Below are positions 27,560 through 36,649 of a DNA stretch of 64,000 bases, in pieces. Each line of letters starts with the position of its first letter. Position 1 is the stretch's first letter. The position numbers were made by a program, and so were the translations under genes. The DNA lies in NCBI GenBank assembly GCA_038060895.1, contig JBBTCT010000009.1, forward strand, positions 80,082 through 144,081, given 5' to 3'. The notes beneath the pieces are model-generated. The model saw only the letters and a list, made by a program, of their open reading frames with translations. It made no database searches and was not told where the DNA came from. The DNA comes from Planctomycetota bacterium. GTDB lineage: Bacteria > Planctomycetota > MHYJ01 > WSZJ01.

Positions 27560-29194
27560 TTGAAGCGCCACGCTCCTGAAAATGCTCCCACCGCACAACC
27601 CGCGGCCCTGCCGAGCTGGCTGCCGGCGCTTCCGATGGCCACGCCGATCCTGCTCTGGCTGGCCTACCACCCCGCCGACCAGGGATGGCTGGCTTACGTG
27701 GCGCTCGTTCCCTGGTTCTTCTACCTGATCGTCGAGACGCGCGTCCGCCGCGCCTGCGTCATGACCTTCCTCGTCTGGACCGCGTTCTTCTCCATCGGGA
27801 TGAACTGGCTGCGCTACACCTCGGGCCTCGGAGGCGTCGTGATCGCGGCGGTTCTCGGGCTCGAGATGTTCGTGTTCGCCTGGCTCGTTCGCCGGTGGCT
27901 CTCGCGCCGCAACGACGCCGTCGGATGGGCGGTCCTCGGCGCCATGTTCATCGGGTGGGAATTCCTCCGCGTCTATCTCATGGGCGGCTTCCCCTGGTTC
28001 CTCCTCGGCCACACCCAGCACGCCTACGCGCCTCTCGTCCAGTGCGCCGACCTGGGCGGCGTCCCGCTCGTCGCCCTTCCCGCCGCTATCATCAACGCTC
28101 TCCTCGCCGGCCTCGCCGCGCGCCGCCTCGCCGGCCGCCCCGCCGGCAAGGATCTCGCCGTCGCCTTCAGCGCCGTCGCCGCCCTCCTCGCCGCCATGAC
28201 CGGCTACGGCGTCTGGCGCCTCAAGTCCCTGCCGCGCGTCCCCGCCCTCCAGGTCGGCCTCGTCCAGGGGAACATCCCCCAGGACATCAAGGACGCCACC
28301 CGCTTCGACAACTACGACCCCATGATTCCTCTCCGGGAACACCAGCGACTATCCGAGGCGGTCGCCCCACAGGCCAACCTCATCTGCTGGGCCGAGACCA
28401 TGTACCCCTTCGTCATTCAGCCCAAGTACCCCGAAAACGAAGCGGCGCTTCGAAAAATGGCCGCGCGACTCCACCGCGCCATGCTCGTCGGCGTGATCGC
28501 GCACGAAGCGGACGGCCGCGAGTTCAACACCGTGCTGCTCACCGACGCGAACGGAAAACCCGCCGGCCGTTACGACAAGCGCCACCTCGTCCTCGTCGCC
28601 GAGTTCATGCCCTTCAAGAAGATCGCCCCCTGGCTCATCAACGTCATCGAGAAGATCGTCTCCCTCAAGGGCTTCGGCAACATCGAGGCCGGCGAGCGGC
28701 TCGAGGTCATGGAAGTGAACGGCAAGCGCTTCGGCGCCCTCATCTGCTTCGACAGCATGTGGCCGGACGAAGCGAGGGCGTATGCGGAGCAGGAAGCGGA
28801 TTTCCTGGTGTGCCTGTCGAACGACGGGTGGTTCAAGGAATCGGAGCAGCTGGACCAGATCCTGTGCGCGACGGCGTTCCGGTGCGTGGAGAACCGGATC
28901 GGAATGGCGCGGTGCACGAACACGGGAATCAGCGCGTTCATCGGTGCGGACGGGAGCATTACGGAATTCGTAGTGAACGGGCAGACCAAGAGCGTGAAGG
29001 GCTCGACAGTGGCCATGGTGGAAGGGCGCGCGGCCAGGACGCTCTTCACGGCCTGGGGCGACTGGGTGGGCAAGTTGTGCCTCATGCTGGCCGGCTTCCT
29101 GGGCCTCCTGGGGCCATCGCGAAAACCACCGCCCAAGCAAGGCGAAGCTCCTTCCCCCCCGGCACTCGAGAGCGAACCGGTCAACCCGACCTGA
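27560..29194 (+). CDS. lnt: Apolipoprotein N-acyltransferase
   Basis: GFPW..LG.TQ, VQGNI, WAET, YDK.HLV, ICFD, SNDGWF and R.VENR motifs. Confidence 0.92.
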   Translation: MKRHAPENAPTAQPAALPSWLPALPMATPILLWLAYHPADQGWLAYVALVPWFFYLIVETRVRRACVMTFLVWTAFFSIGMNWLRYTSGLGGVVIAAVLGLEMFVFAWLVRRWLSRRNDAVGWAVLGAMFIGWEFLRVYLMGGFPWFLLGHTQHAYAPLVQCADLGGVPLVALPAAIINALLAGLAARRLAGRPAGKDLAVAFSAVAALLAAMTGYGVWRLKSLPRVPALQVGLVQGNIPQDIKDATRFDNYDPMIPLREHQRLSEAVAPQANLICWAETMYPFVIQPKYPENEAALRKMAARLHRAMLVGVIAHEADGREFNTVLLTDANGKPAGRYDKRHLVLVAEFMPFKKIAPWLINVIEKIVSLKGFGNIEAGERLEVMEVNGKRFGALICFDSMWPDEARAYAEQEADFLVCLSNDGWFKESEQLDQILCATAFRCVENRIGMARCTNTGISAFIGADGSITEFVVNGQTKSVKGSTVAMVEGRAARTLFTAWGDWVGKLCLMLAGFLGLLGPSRKPPPKQGEAPSPPALESEPVNPT

Positions 29195-29317
29195 GTCGCT
29201 CCCGTTGCACTTTGAAATTGGCCGTTGCTTGAAGCTTCGCGGTTTTGAAGTTGTAAGTTCCGGGGCCGCAGGCCCCGGTAACCCCTTCCCCCACCCCGCT
29301 TTTCGCCCCCTTTTCCC

Positions 29318-29345
29318 TTGACTCGCCCCCCCGCACTTCTACAAT
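29318..29345 (+). promoter_or_regulatory. Putative sigma-70 promoter
   Basis: TTGACT-16-TACAAT upstream of the ORF at 29417. Confidence 0.5.
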
Positions 29346-29416
29346 TCCCCGGTCAACCCCATTTCCGGCGCCTTCTGGCGGGGGGCCGGGGGCCGAATTT
29401 CTAGAGAGGAGCCTCG

Positions 29417-30271
29417 ATGAGCACGTTGACCAAGGTCTTTGTCGTGTTGGTCCTCATCATCTCGCTCGTGTATCTCGGCGTCAGCGCGACACTGTTCGCG
29501 CACCGCGTCGACTACAAGGCGAAGATGGAAGCAAAGAATGCCGAGCTCGAGACGGAGAGGAAGGCGCGCAAGGATGATGTCGAGAAGTTGCAGGCGGACA
29601 TCGTCGTGAAGAAGGCCGAGATCCAGTCGCGCGACCAGCAGGTGCAGACGGCCAAGGGGAACGAGGAGACGGCGAAGCGCGAGTTGCAGAGCGTGAACGA
29701 AAAGTACACCAAGCTCAGCACCGACGTCACGTCCCTCGTCGCCGAGCAGCAGAAGCTGCAGTCGAACAACAACGACCTGTCGAACCGGAACGAGAACCTG
29801 AACAAGCAGCTCGCCGAAGAGAAGAAGCTTCGCGAGGATGCCCAGAGGGTTCGCGACACGGTCCAGGCTGAGTTGCTCGCCGCGAACGACCGGCTCGAGA
29901 AGGCGTACAAGGACATCGCCGAGATGGAGAAGCAGCTCGTGGACGTCAGCCGCGCGAAGAACGACATCGAGCAGCAGCTGGCCTACCTTCGCGAGCGGGT
30001 GCCGAACATCGGCGACCTCGCGGTGGAGCCGAAGATCGACGGCGTGGTGCTGGGCGTGTCCGACAAGGTCAACCTGATCCTGATCTCGGTTGGCGGCAAG
30101 GACAAGGTCCAGGTCGGCTTCAAGTTCACGGTTTACCGTGGAAGCGCGTATGTCTCCAAGCTGGTCGTCGACAAGGTCGAGGACGGCTGGGCGGCCTGCC
30201 GCGAGCTGACGGACTTCCGCAAGGACGCGATTCAGCAGGGCGACAATGTCTCCACCCGGGTGTTTGACTAA
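29417..30271 (+). CDS. Membrane-anchored coiled-coil protein with C-terminal beta domain (planctomycete-style)
   Basis: N-terminal TM, long coiled coil, C-terminal IDGVV...ISVG..D.V..G..FTVYRG...GD.V motif; GAGGAG RBS. Confidence 0.8.
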   Translation: MSTLTKVFVVLVLIISLVYLGVSATLFAHRVDYKAKMEAKNAELETERKARKDDVEKLQADIVVKKAEIQSRDQQVQTAKGNEETAKRELQSVNEKYTKLSTDVTSLVAEQQKLQSNNNDLSNRNENLNKQLAEEKKLREDAQRVRDTVQAELLAANDRLEKAYKDIAEMEKQLVDVSRAKNDIEQQLAYLRERVPNIGDLAVEPKIDGVVLGVSDKVNLILISVGGKDKVQVGFKFTVYRGSAYVSKLVVDKVEDGWAACRELTDFRKDAIQQGDNVSTRVFD

Positions 30272-30312
30272 ACGTCGGCCCCCTTTAACAACTACAAAGA
30301 GGAAAACCGACC

Positions 30313-30504
30313 ATGGCTACCCCGGATGATGTGAAACCCGCCAACAACGTCTACACGTTCCTGTTGATCGTGGCGACGTGCTTCATGATCGGCGGCGTCG
30401 TGTTCAACATGATGGAGCTCAACCAGAACTACGGCCTCACGTTCGGCGGGCTTATGAGCCCCCCGGCGAAGTCAGCGGCCGCGGCTCCGGAAGCTGCGAA
30501 GTAG
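30313..30504 (+). CDS. Small single-TM protein (NVYT motif)
   Basis: 63 aa; GAGG RBS; followed by a terminator. Confidence 0.7.
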   Translation: MATPDDVKPANNVYTFLLIVATCFMIGGVVFNMMELNQNYGLTFGGLMSPPAKSAAAAPEAAK

Positions 30505-30533
30505 CTCGAAGAGGACCTCTCTTGCAACGCCAG

Positions 30534-30566
30534 AGCCCCCGCCGATGAGGCGGGGGCTTATTTTTT
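30534..30566 (+). terminator. Rho-independent terminator
   Basis: AGCCCCCGCC/GGCGGGGGCT stem plus T run. Confidence 0.8.
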
Positions 30567-30626
30567 AGCCGGGCAAGGTGGCGAGTGGCGGGGAGATGAC
30601 GTCGTGAAACGCGCAGGGGGAAAGGC

Positions 30627-30668
30627 AATTCATAATTTATAATTATGAATTATGAATTATGAATTCTG
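30627..30668 (+). repeat. AT-rich heptamer tandem repeat AATT(N3) x6
   Basis: AATTCAT AATTTAT AATTATG AATTATG AATTATG AATTCTG. Confidence 0.85.
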
Positions 30669-30733
30669 GGACCAGCGAAGGAAACGGTCGTTCCTGTAGA
30701 CTTTGCCCGGGGGACGTATCGCAGGAGGTTCCG

Positions 30734-31408
30734 ATGCGCGTCGGCTTGATCCTGATTGTGGTGGTCGCGGCGTGCTTCTGCGTTCTCGCCGCGGGCGAGG
30801 CGGTCCGCAGGTCGGACGCGCGCGAGTCCGCGGCGCGTGAAGCGGCGATCACGGCCCGTCTGGCCGCCGAATCGGAGCGCGAAGCGCTGCTCGCGGTTGC
30901 TCGAGAAGAGGCCTCGCGCGCGAGAAAAGCCTCTGATCTGCTGGAGGTAAAGCTGCTCGCCAGCCACGAAAGCGCAGCAAGCGCTCGCCGGAACTCCGAC
31001 CGGCAACAGATGGAACTCCTGGTTGCGAACGACCGTTTGGAAAAGGCCTACAAGGACATCGCCGAGATGGAGAAGCAGATCGTCGACGTCAGTCGCGCGA
31101 AGAACGATCTCGAACAACAGCTCGCGGAATTGCGGCCCAGGCCCGGCATGCCGGGTCCGCTGGAACCGAAGATAGACGGCGTGGTTCTCGGCGTGTCCGA
31201 GAAGGTCAACCTGATCCTGATCTCGGTGGGTGGCAAAGACAAAGTCCAGGTCGGGTACAAGTTCACGGTCTACCGTGGAAGCGCTTATGTTTCGAAGATC
31301 ATCGTCGACAGGGTCGAGGACGGGTGGGCCGCCTGCCGCGAGCTTACGGACTTCAGGAAGGAAGCGATCCGAGAGGGCGACAGCGTGTCCACGCGGGTGT
31401 TCGACTAG
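30734..31408 (+). CDS. Paralog of 29417-30271 with a near-identical C-terminal half
   Basis: Shared from ELL.ANDRLEKAYKDIAEMEKQ to STRVFD; AGGAGG RBS; ATG at 30734. Confidence 0.8.
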   Translation: MRVGLILIVVVAACFCVLAAGEAVRRSDARESAAREAAITARLAAESEREALLAVAREEASRARKASDLLEVKLLASHESAASARRNSDRQQMELLVANDRLEKAYKDIAEMEKQIVDVSRAKNDLEQQLAELRPRPGMPGPLEPKIDGVVLGVSEKVNLILISVGGKDKVQVGYKFTVYRGSAYVSKIIVDRVEDGWAACRELTDFRKEAIREGDSVSTRVFD

Positions 31409-31524
31409 CCTTGCTCCCGGACTCGATTGGGGAGCGCTTCGCAGCTTTCGAGTTTCTCCCCTGAACTTCCTCCCGCGGCCGGCGTCTTATCTCCGGACCT
31501 TTCAATCACACAACGGAGATCCCC

Positions 31525-32337
31525 ATGACGCCTGCATTTCGCCGCAACGGAATCCTTGCCGGGCTGGCTCTTTCCTCGCTTTGCGCCCTCGGGTTTGCAC
31601 AACGGTCGAGCAACGAGTGGGTGCTGAGATGGCGGGCCGAATCGGAAGTCCGCGAGATGCGGGAAACCGAACTCGAAGCCGTTCAGCGCGAACGCTGTCT
31701 TGAGATGGAAGCCATGCAGAAGAGAGTCGCGCTTCTGGAGAGCGAGCTCGCGCGCGAGCGGGAGCATCGACTGGCGGCGGAAGCGTCCGCTACCGTGGCC
31801 GCGAGGCCGGCGACGGAGCTGGAGGCATCGAGGGCCGAGCTGGATCGTGCTTACGCGCGGATCGGCGAGCTGGAGCGGAGTGATGCGACCGTCGTGAAGT
31901 TCGGCAAGGACGTCACCATCATGCGCAGGACTCTGCAGCGGGCTGCGGAGGACGCGGAGGCGGAGACAGCGGCGCTGGCGACTGCCGTGACATTCCAGGA
32001 AGCCGGCGAATACGAGATTGTGATGGCGCCGGAAGCCGGCGACAGGATCCGCAGCGCCTACATTGGCACGATCGTCGAGATCACCGATTCCACGGTGCCT
32101 CTTCCGCAGAAATTCGAGGGTGGACTGAACCAGGGTGTTGACTTTGCAGAACCTGCGGCGCCGTCGGGAGAGCCGCAGTCGCTGGGCGCCGGTCTCAACC
32201 AGGGAGCGAACTACGTCGATCCCGAGGAAGCGTCCCAGGTGAAACGGCTGGGATGCAAATTCACGGAGCTCAAGAAACTCGTCGAGGAGGTCAAAGAGGT
32301 GCAGCGCACGCAGGAGAACGGGGCCGAGGTCCGCTGA
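31525..32337 (+). CDS. Secreted or membrane coiled-coil hypothetical protein
   Basis: Signal-like N-terminus; ELDRAYARIGELE resembles RLEKAYKDIAEME of the neighbouring genes. Confidence 0.6.
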   Translation: MTPAFRRNGILAGLALSSLCALGFAQRSSNEWVLRWRAESEVREMRETELEAVQRERCLEMEAMQKRVALLESELAREREHRLAAEASATVAARPATELEASRAELDRAYARIGELERSDATVVKFGKDVTIMRRTLQRAAEDAEAETAALATAVTFQEAGEYEIVMAPEAGDRIRSAYIGTIVEITDSTVPLPQKFEGGLNQGVDFAEPAAPSGEPQSLGAGLNQGANYVDPEEASQVKRLGCKFTELKKLVEEVKEVQRTQENGAEVR

Positions 32338-32557
32338 ATGTCGACGGGCGTCGTTTCGAACACGTAACACGCGCCGGGCTGGTAACAACCGCCCCGGCGC
32401 TTCCGCTTCATGCCGGGGGCACGCCGCTTGCATCCGTACTGCCCTTGGTCCGGGATTCCCTCTAGAATGTCAGGCCGATCGACGCCCTGCAGGCTCGCTC
32501 AGGTACGGCCGGGCTGAGCGCCCTGGAGAGATTTTCAGCCCGGCTGTGGAGAACCGA

Positions 32558-34201
32558 ATGAAGCGCTTCCTCGCCGTGTCCCTGGTACTCGGCACTTCGA
32601 CGCTCATCCTCGCCGCGTGGACGCCAGCCGCTTCGCTTCCCCCCGCGGTGATTCCCATTCCGCGCTACTTCCCGGGGCCTGCGGCCGCGGTGACGTCCGT
32701 CGAACTCGACAAGATGGAAACGGAATCAATCGCCTCGGCGCTCGCGTGGCTCGCGCGGCACCAGGAGGCGGACGGGAGCTGGAAGGCCAGCGGCGCGGCC
32801 GGTCACGGATTCGAGACGCTGTACGAAGCAGACGCGGCGAAATCCTGCGACGTCATGGCGACCGGGATTGCGCTTCTCGCCTTCATGGGCGACGGCAATT
32901 CGCTCTGGATGGGGCGCTACTCGGAGGCGGTCCGGCGCGGCTGGAACTGGCTGGTGCTGCAGCAGAAGGAGACCAAGTGCGGCAGCCTGGTGCCGCTGGC
33001 GGAAGCCGAGGCGGGCGGGTCGCTGTCCGAGAGAGAAAAGGCGGCCAAGCGCGCGCACCTGGCGCGGATGAATCACCTCTGGGGGACGGTGGCGCTTCTC
33101 GAGGCCGTTCGCTCCGCGGAATTCGACGAACGGCTGATGCCCGTGCGCGACGTCGAAAAGATCAAGCGGCACAACGAGGTATTGAAGCAGGCGGAAGCGG
33201 CCGTGAAGTTCATCACGGACGACCCGGCGACGAAGCCGGACAAGTTCGACTTCCTGAATCCCAAGACCGTGAACATGGACGAGATCGCGCTTCTCGCGGC
33301 GTGTCGCTACGTCTTCGGCAAGCAGGGAGTGGCGGGGGACAAGGAGTGGTTCGTGGGTGTGTCGGAAGCGATCACGAAGATCCAGGAAGGAATGACGGAG
33401 GCGCTCGTGCCCTACCGGTATTCGGAAGACGGCGAGTACTGGTTCGGCGGATCGATCTCCACGCCGCAGGCCATGATCGCGTTCGTGTACACCTACAACA
33501 TGGGCAGCGCGAAGCAGATGGTCGCGGCGTCGCCGGCGCTTCTCGCGCATCCGCCGGCCTGGAATCCTTACTACGAAATCGGCCGTCCGTCGCGGCATCC
33601 TGAGGCGGGCGAAGGCGGGGCGAAGAAGCCGGCCCCCGCGGCGCTTCCCGAGGGGCTGAAAGACGTTGCCGGGACCTGGCGAGACGACATCGCCAACGAG
33701 GCGTCGTGGTTCTGGCAGGGAATGGCGTTCCGCTCGTTCGCGGCGATCGGCAGCGGGGAGTGGGACAAGTGGCGCGCTTCGTACGTCCCGATGGCGCGCG
33801 AGCACCAGCGCCGCAGCGGGCCGGAAGCGGGGTCGTGGGACCCGGTGGGGCCGCACGCGCGGGTTTTCGGGCGGGAGATCGCGACGGCGTGGATGACGGT
33901 GACGATGCAGTCGAAGTGCCAGCTTCAGATTTCGCGGTCGGACTGGAAGTACCTGAAGGAGGACCCGAGGTGGCGGGCGCGGAAAGAGAACCTGGATGCG
34001 GCGCCGGTGCTCTCGGTGAAGTGCCTGATCTGCGACATGGGGATCCTGTCGAACACGCCCTTCAGCAAGGGCGAAGGGAAAGAGGTCTACTATTTCTGCT
34101 CGCAGGAGCACCAGGACCAGTTCGAGATGAACCCGGAGGCGTGGCGGGACGGGAAGAAACCGGAGAACAAGGGCGAGGGGAGCGAGGGGTCTCACAAGTA
34201 A
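32558..34201 (+). CDS. Exported prenyltransferase/squalene-cyclase-repeat-like protein with C-terminal YHS-like domain
   Basis: Signal peptide, ALAWLARHQEADGSW, TGIALLAF.G.G and GSWDP..P motifs; C-terminal CLICDM...YYFCSQEH...FEMNPE. Confidence 0.7.
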   Translation: MKRFLAVSLVLGTSTLILAAWTPAASLPPAVIPIPRYFPGPAAAVTSVELDKMETESIASALAWLARHQEADGSWKASGAAGHGFETLYEADAAKSCDVMATGIALLAFMGDGNSLWMGRYSEAVRRGWNWLVLQQKETKCGSLVPLAEAEAGGSLSEREKAAKRAHLARMNHLWGTVALLEAVRSAEFDERLMPVRDVEKIKRHNEVLKQAEAAVKFITDDPATKPDKFDFLNPKTVNMDEIALLAACRYVFGKQGVAGDKEWFVGVSEAITKIQEGMTEALVPYRYSEDGEYWFGGSISTPQAMIAFVYTYNMGSAKQMVAASPALLAHPPAWNPYYEIGRPSRHPEAGEGGAKKPAPAALPEGLKDVAGTWRDDIANEASWFWQGMAFRSFAAIGSGEWDKWRASYVPMAREHQRRSGPEAGSWDPVGPHARVFGREIATAWMTVTMQSKCQLQISRSDWKYLKEDPRWRARKENLDAAPVLSVKCLICDMGILSNTPFSKGEGKEVYYFCSQEHQDQFEMNPEAWRDGKKPENKGEGSEGSHK

Positions 34202-34222
34202 GATTGGGTGATCGAATTCAAA

Positions 34223-34255
34223 ACGCGAGGCCCTCTGGCCTCGCGTCTTTTATTT
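34223..34255 (+). terminator. Rho-independent terminator
   Basis: ACGCGAGGCC/GGCCTCGCGT stem plus CTTTTATTT. Confidence 0.75.
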
Positions 34256-34313
34256 CGGTTTGTGGCATGGGTTATGCGGTAGGGGGTGCTGGACCCCTTG
34301 CGGAGAACTCGAA

Positions 34314-35861
34314 ATGTACCCGTTTGCCCGCTTCACGCCGGTCGCGCTGCTGCTGCTCGCCGCTCCCCTTGCGGCGCAATCGCCCTCAGAACTGGCCCGG
34401 ATGGAACGGGCTTCGGTTGATTCGGCGCTTTCGTGGCTGGCGCGGCACCAGGAACTCGACGGCCGCTGGGCGGCCACCGGATCGCGCGACCACGGATTCT
34501 TTGAGCTCTACGAGCCCGATGCGGCGCAGGCTTCGGACGTGCAGACGACGGCGCTCGCGCTTCTCGCCCTTCTCGGCGACGGGAACTCGCCGTGGACGGG
34601 GCGCTACCGCGACTCTGCCGGGCGCGCCTGGGAATGGCTGAAGGGCCGGCAGGCCGCTCATGCGGGCGGCGAGCTCGTGGCGGCTCCCCCTGAAGCGGAC
34701 GGCGCGACGCTGGGAGATCGCCGGCGTGCGGCGCGCCGCGCCCACGTCGCGCGGATGAACCACCTTTGGGGAACGCTCGCGCTGCTCGAGACCGCGGCGT
34801 CCGCCGAGGACGCCGGCGCGGGCGCGGATTCATCGCGCGCCGAGGCCGCCCGTCGCGTCGCCGCGGCTCTTCCTCCCGCAATTGCGGCCGTCGCGTTCAT
34901 CACGGGCGACCCGGCGACGCGGCCGGAGGCGTTTGATTTCCTGGAGGAGCGCGCCGTGACGATGGACGAGCTGGCGCTCCTGGCGGCCGTGGCGTACGAC
35001 TGCGCCATGCTGCACGCGGCGGCGGACCTGCCCTGGTTCCAGGGCGTCGTGGCGCGGCTCAAGGAAGTGCAGCGCGGTATGACGGGCGCCGTGGTGCCTT
35101 ACCGCGCCTCCGAGGACGGCGCCTACTGGCTTCGCGGATCCGTCTCGACGCCGCAGAGCATGATCGCGTTCGTGTATCTCTTCGAGCACGGAAGCGCGAT
35201 GCAGATGAGCGCGGCGGGGCCGCTGCTCGAGGCGCACCCGCCCCGGTGGAACACGCGGTACGAGATGGGCGGGCCGGCCGGGCACCCGGGTGCGGGCGAC
35301 GCCTCCGCGAAGTCCGTGCTTTCCCCATCGCTGCGGGCCGTCGCCGATCCCTGTTGCGACGAGATTGCAAACGAGTACGGATGGTTCTGGGAAGGGATGG
35401 CCTTCCGTTCCTACGCGGCTCTCAATCCCGACGGCTGGCGCCGATGGCGGGCTTCGTTTGTCCCGGTCGCCTTCGAGAACCAGCGCCGGGGCGGGCCGGA
35501 GGCGGGCTCGTGGGAGGCTGGTGGGCCGCATGCGCGGGTGTTCGGGCTGGAGACGGGGACGGCGTGGATGGCGATCACTATGCAATCGCAGTGTCGGCTG
35601 AGAATGGCGCGGACGCACTGGGACGACCTGAAGCGGGACGGGCGGTGGCTGTCGATGGTGGAGAATCTTGGGAAGGGAAGCGTGGAGAAGAGGTCGTGCC
35701 TGGTGTGCGGGATGAGCGTGATGTCGAACGGGGTGTACAGCAAAGGGGGCGGGCCGGTGATCTACTACTTCTGTTCGATGGAGCACCTAGACGAGTTCGA
35801 AATGAATCCGGAAGCGTGGAGGAACGGAAAGCGGCCGGAGGGCGAGGGGAGTCACAAGTAG
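34314..35861 (+). CDS. Tandem paralog of 32558-34201
   Basis: Collinear similarity (WLARHQE.DG.W, ARMNHLWGT, STPQ.MIAFVY, YYFCS.EH...FEMNPEAWR, EGSHK end). Confidence 0.7.
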   Translation: MYPFARFTPVALLLLAAPLAAQSPSELARMERASVDSALSWLARHQELDGRWAATGSRDHGFFELYEPDAAQASDVQTTALALLALLGDGNSPWTGRYRDSAGRAWEWLKGRQAAHAGGELVAAPPEADGATLGDRRRAARRAHVARMNHLWGTLALLETAASAEDAGAGADSSRAEAARRVAAALPPAIAAVAFITGDPATRPEAFDFLEERAVTMDELALLAAVAYDCAMLHAAADLPWFQGVVARLKEVQRGMTGAVVPYRASEDGAYWLRGSVSTPQSMIAFVYLFEHGSAMQMSAAGPLLEAHPPRWNTRYEMGGPAGHPGAGDASAKSVLSPSLRAVADPCCDEIANEYGWFWEGMAFRSYAALNPDGWRRWRASFVPVAFENQRRGGPEAGSWEAGGPHARVFGLETGTAWMAITMQSQCRLRMARTHWDDLKRDGRWLSMVENLGKGSVEKRSCLVCGMSVMSNGVYSKGGGPVIYYFCSMEHLDEFEMNPEAWRNGKRPEGEGSHK

Positions 35862-35865
35862 CAAC

Positions 35866-35901
35866 AAAAAACGCCGCCGATTTCTCGGCGGCGTTCTGTT
35901 T
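35866..35901. terminator. Bidirectional terminator between convergent genes
   Basis: AAAAAACGCCGCCGA-TTTC-TCGGCGGCGTTCTGTTT. Confidence 0.8.
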
Positions 35902-35912
35902 ACTGCGGGGTC

Positions 35913-36140
35913 TTACATGCACTCGTTGCCCATGCCGACGTCTTCCGAACCGGCGCCGGATTCCGAGTCCATGCCGCCTTCGGTCGCGTCGCCGCCGGAG
36001 TGATCGTCCGTGCCGGGGAGCGGCCCGTCGCCGGTGCCACCACCGTCGTAGCCCGGGGCGGGCGGGGGAGGGCAAGCGAACGTCAGGATCGGGCTGGAGA
36101 GCGCGGCGAGGGTTACGAGGGCGATGATGAAGAGTTTCAT
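35913..36140 (-). CDS. Small secreted Gly/Asp/Pro-rich protein (75 aa)
   Basis: AAGGAGA RBS; signal peptide MKLFIIALVTLAALSSPILTFA; upstream sigma-54 site. Confidence 0.7.
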   Translation of the reverse strand: MKLFIIALVTLAALSSPILTFACPPPPAPGYDGGGTGDGPLPGTDDHSGGDATEGGMDSESGAGSEDVGMGNECM

Positions 36141-36204
36141 GGCTATCTCCTTGACGGCGTTGTTTGGAGGCGTGTTATTTGTTTGGTACGACGGAAGTGA
36201 GTAT

Positions 36205-36220
36205 TGCAATCTTGGTGCCA
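36205..36220 (-). promoter_or_regulatory. Sigma-54 (-24/-12) promoter
   Basis: TGGCAC-CAAGA-TTGCA on the minus strand, a perfect consensus match. Confidence 0.8.
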
Positions 36221-36490
36221 GACCCGAGAACTTAGAAATGACGTCATAACATATGTATGTGTAATGAGTTACAATTGCGCTTCAGAATATCACCCGTTTG
36301 CGCGGCAACGCGATCGACCTCAATCCATACGCATGCCATATTATTGTGTCCCGTTTTGATGCGCGTCCATCCCTGGGCCGACAGGCTGGAGGCGCTTCGG
36401 CAACGCCCCGCGATTTTCAGAAATTCTGAGAATCGGTTCTAACCCATTCAGCGACATAATCTTGCGTCGCAGTGCCATCCGCACTTCAAT

Positions 36491-36519
36491 TTGACATTAT
36501 ATACTTTATAAAGTATAAA
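36491..36519 (+). promoter_or_regulatory. mreB operon promoter overlapped by a perfect 18-bp palindrome
   Basis: TTGACA-17-TATAAA; TATACTTTATAAAGTATA at 36500-36517. Confidence 0.75.
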
Positions 36520-36649
36520 CTTAGCGACGGCCGCACGGCGGACGTCCGCTTCTGCTCGACCATCCTGATACCTTCGACTCGCTTCGCTCGCTCAGGTTGG
36601 CCGGGCAAGGCTACCGCAGGACACAGGCAATCTCGGAGAGGGGATAGCC

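Noticed and set aside
36571-36596. CCTTCGACTCGCTTCGCTCGCTCAGG in the mreB leader as a riboswitch
   Set aside because: It looks like a short REP-type repeat fragment and matches no aptamer consensus I can recognise.
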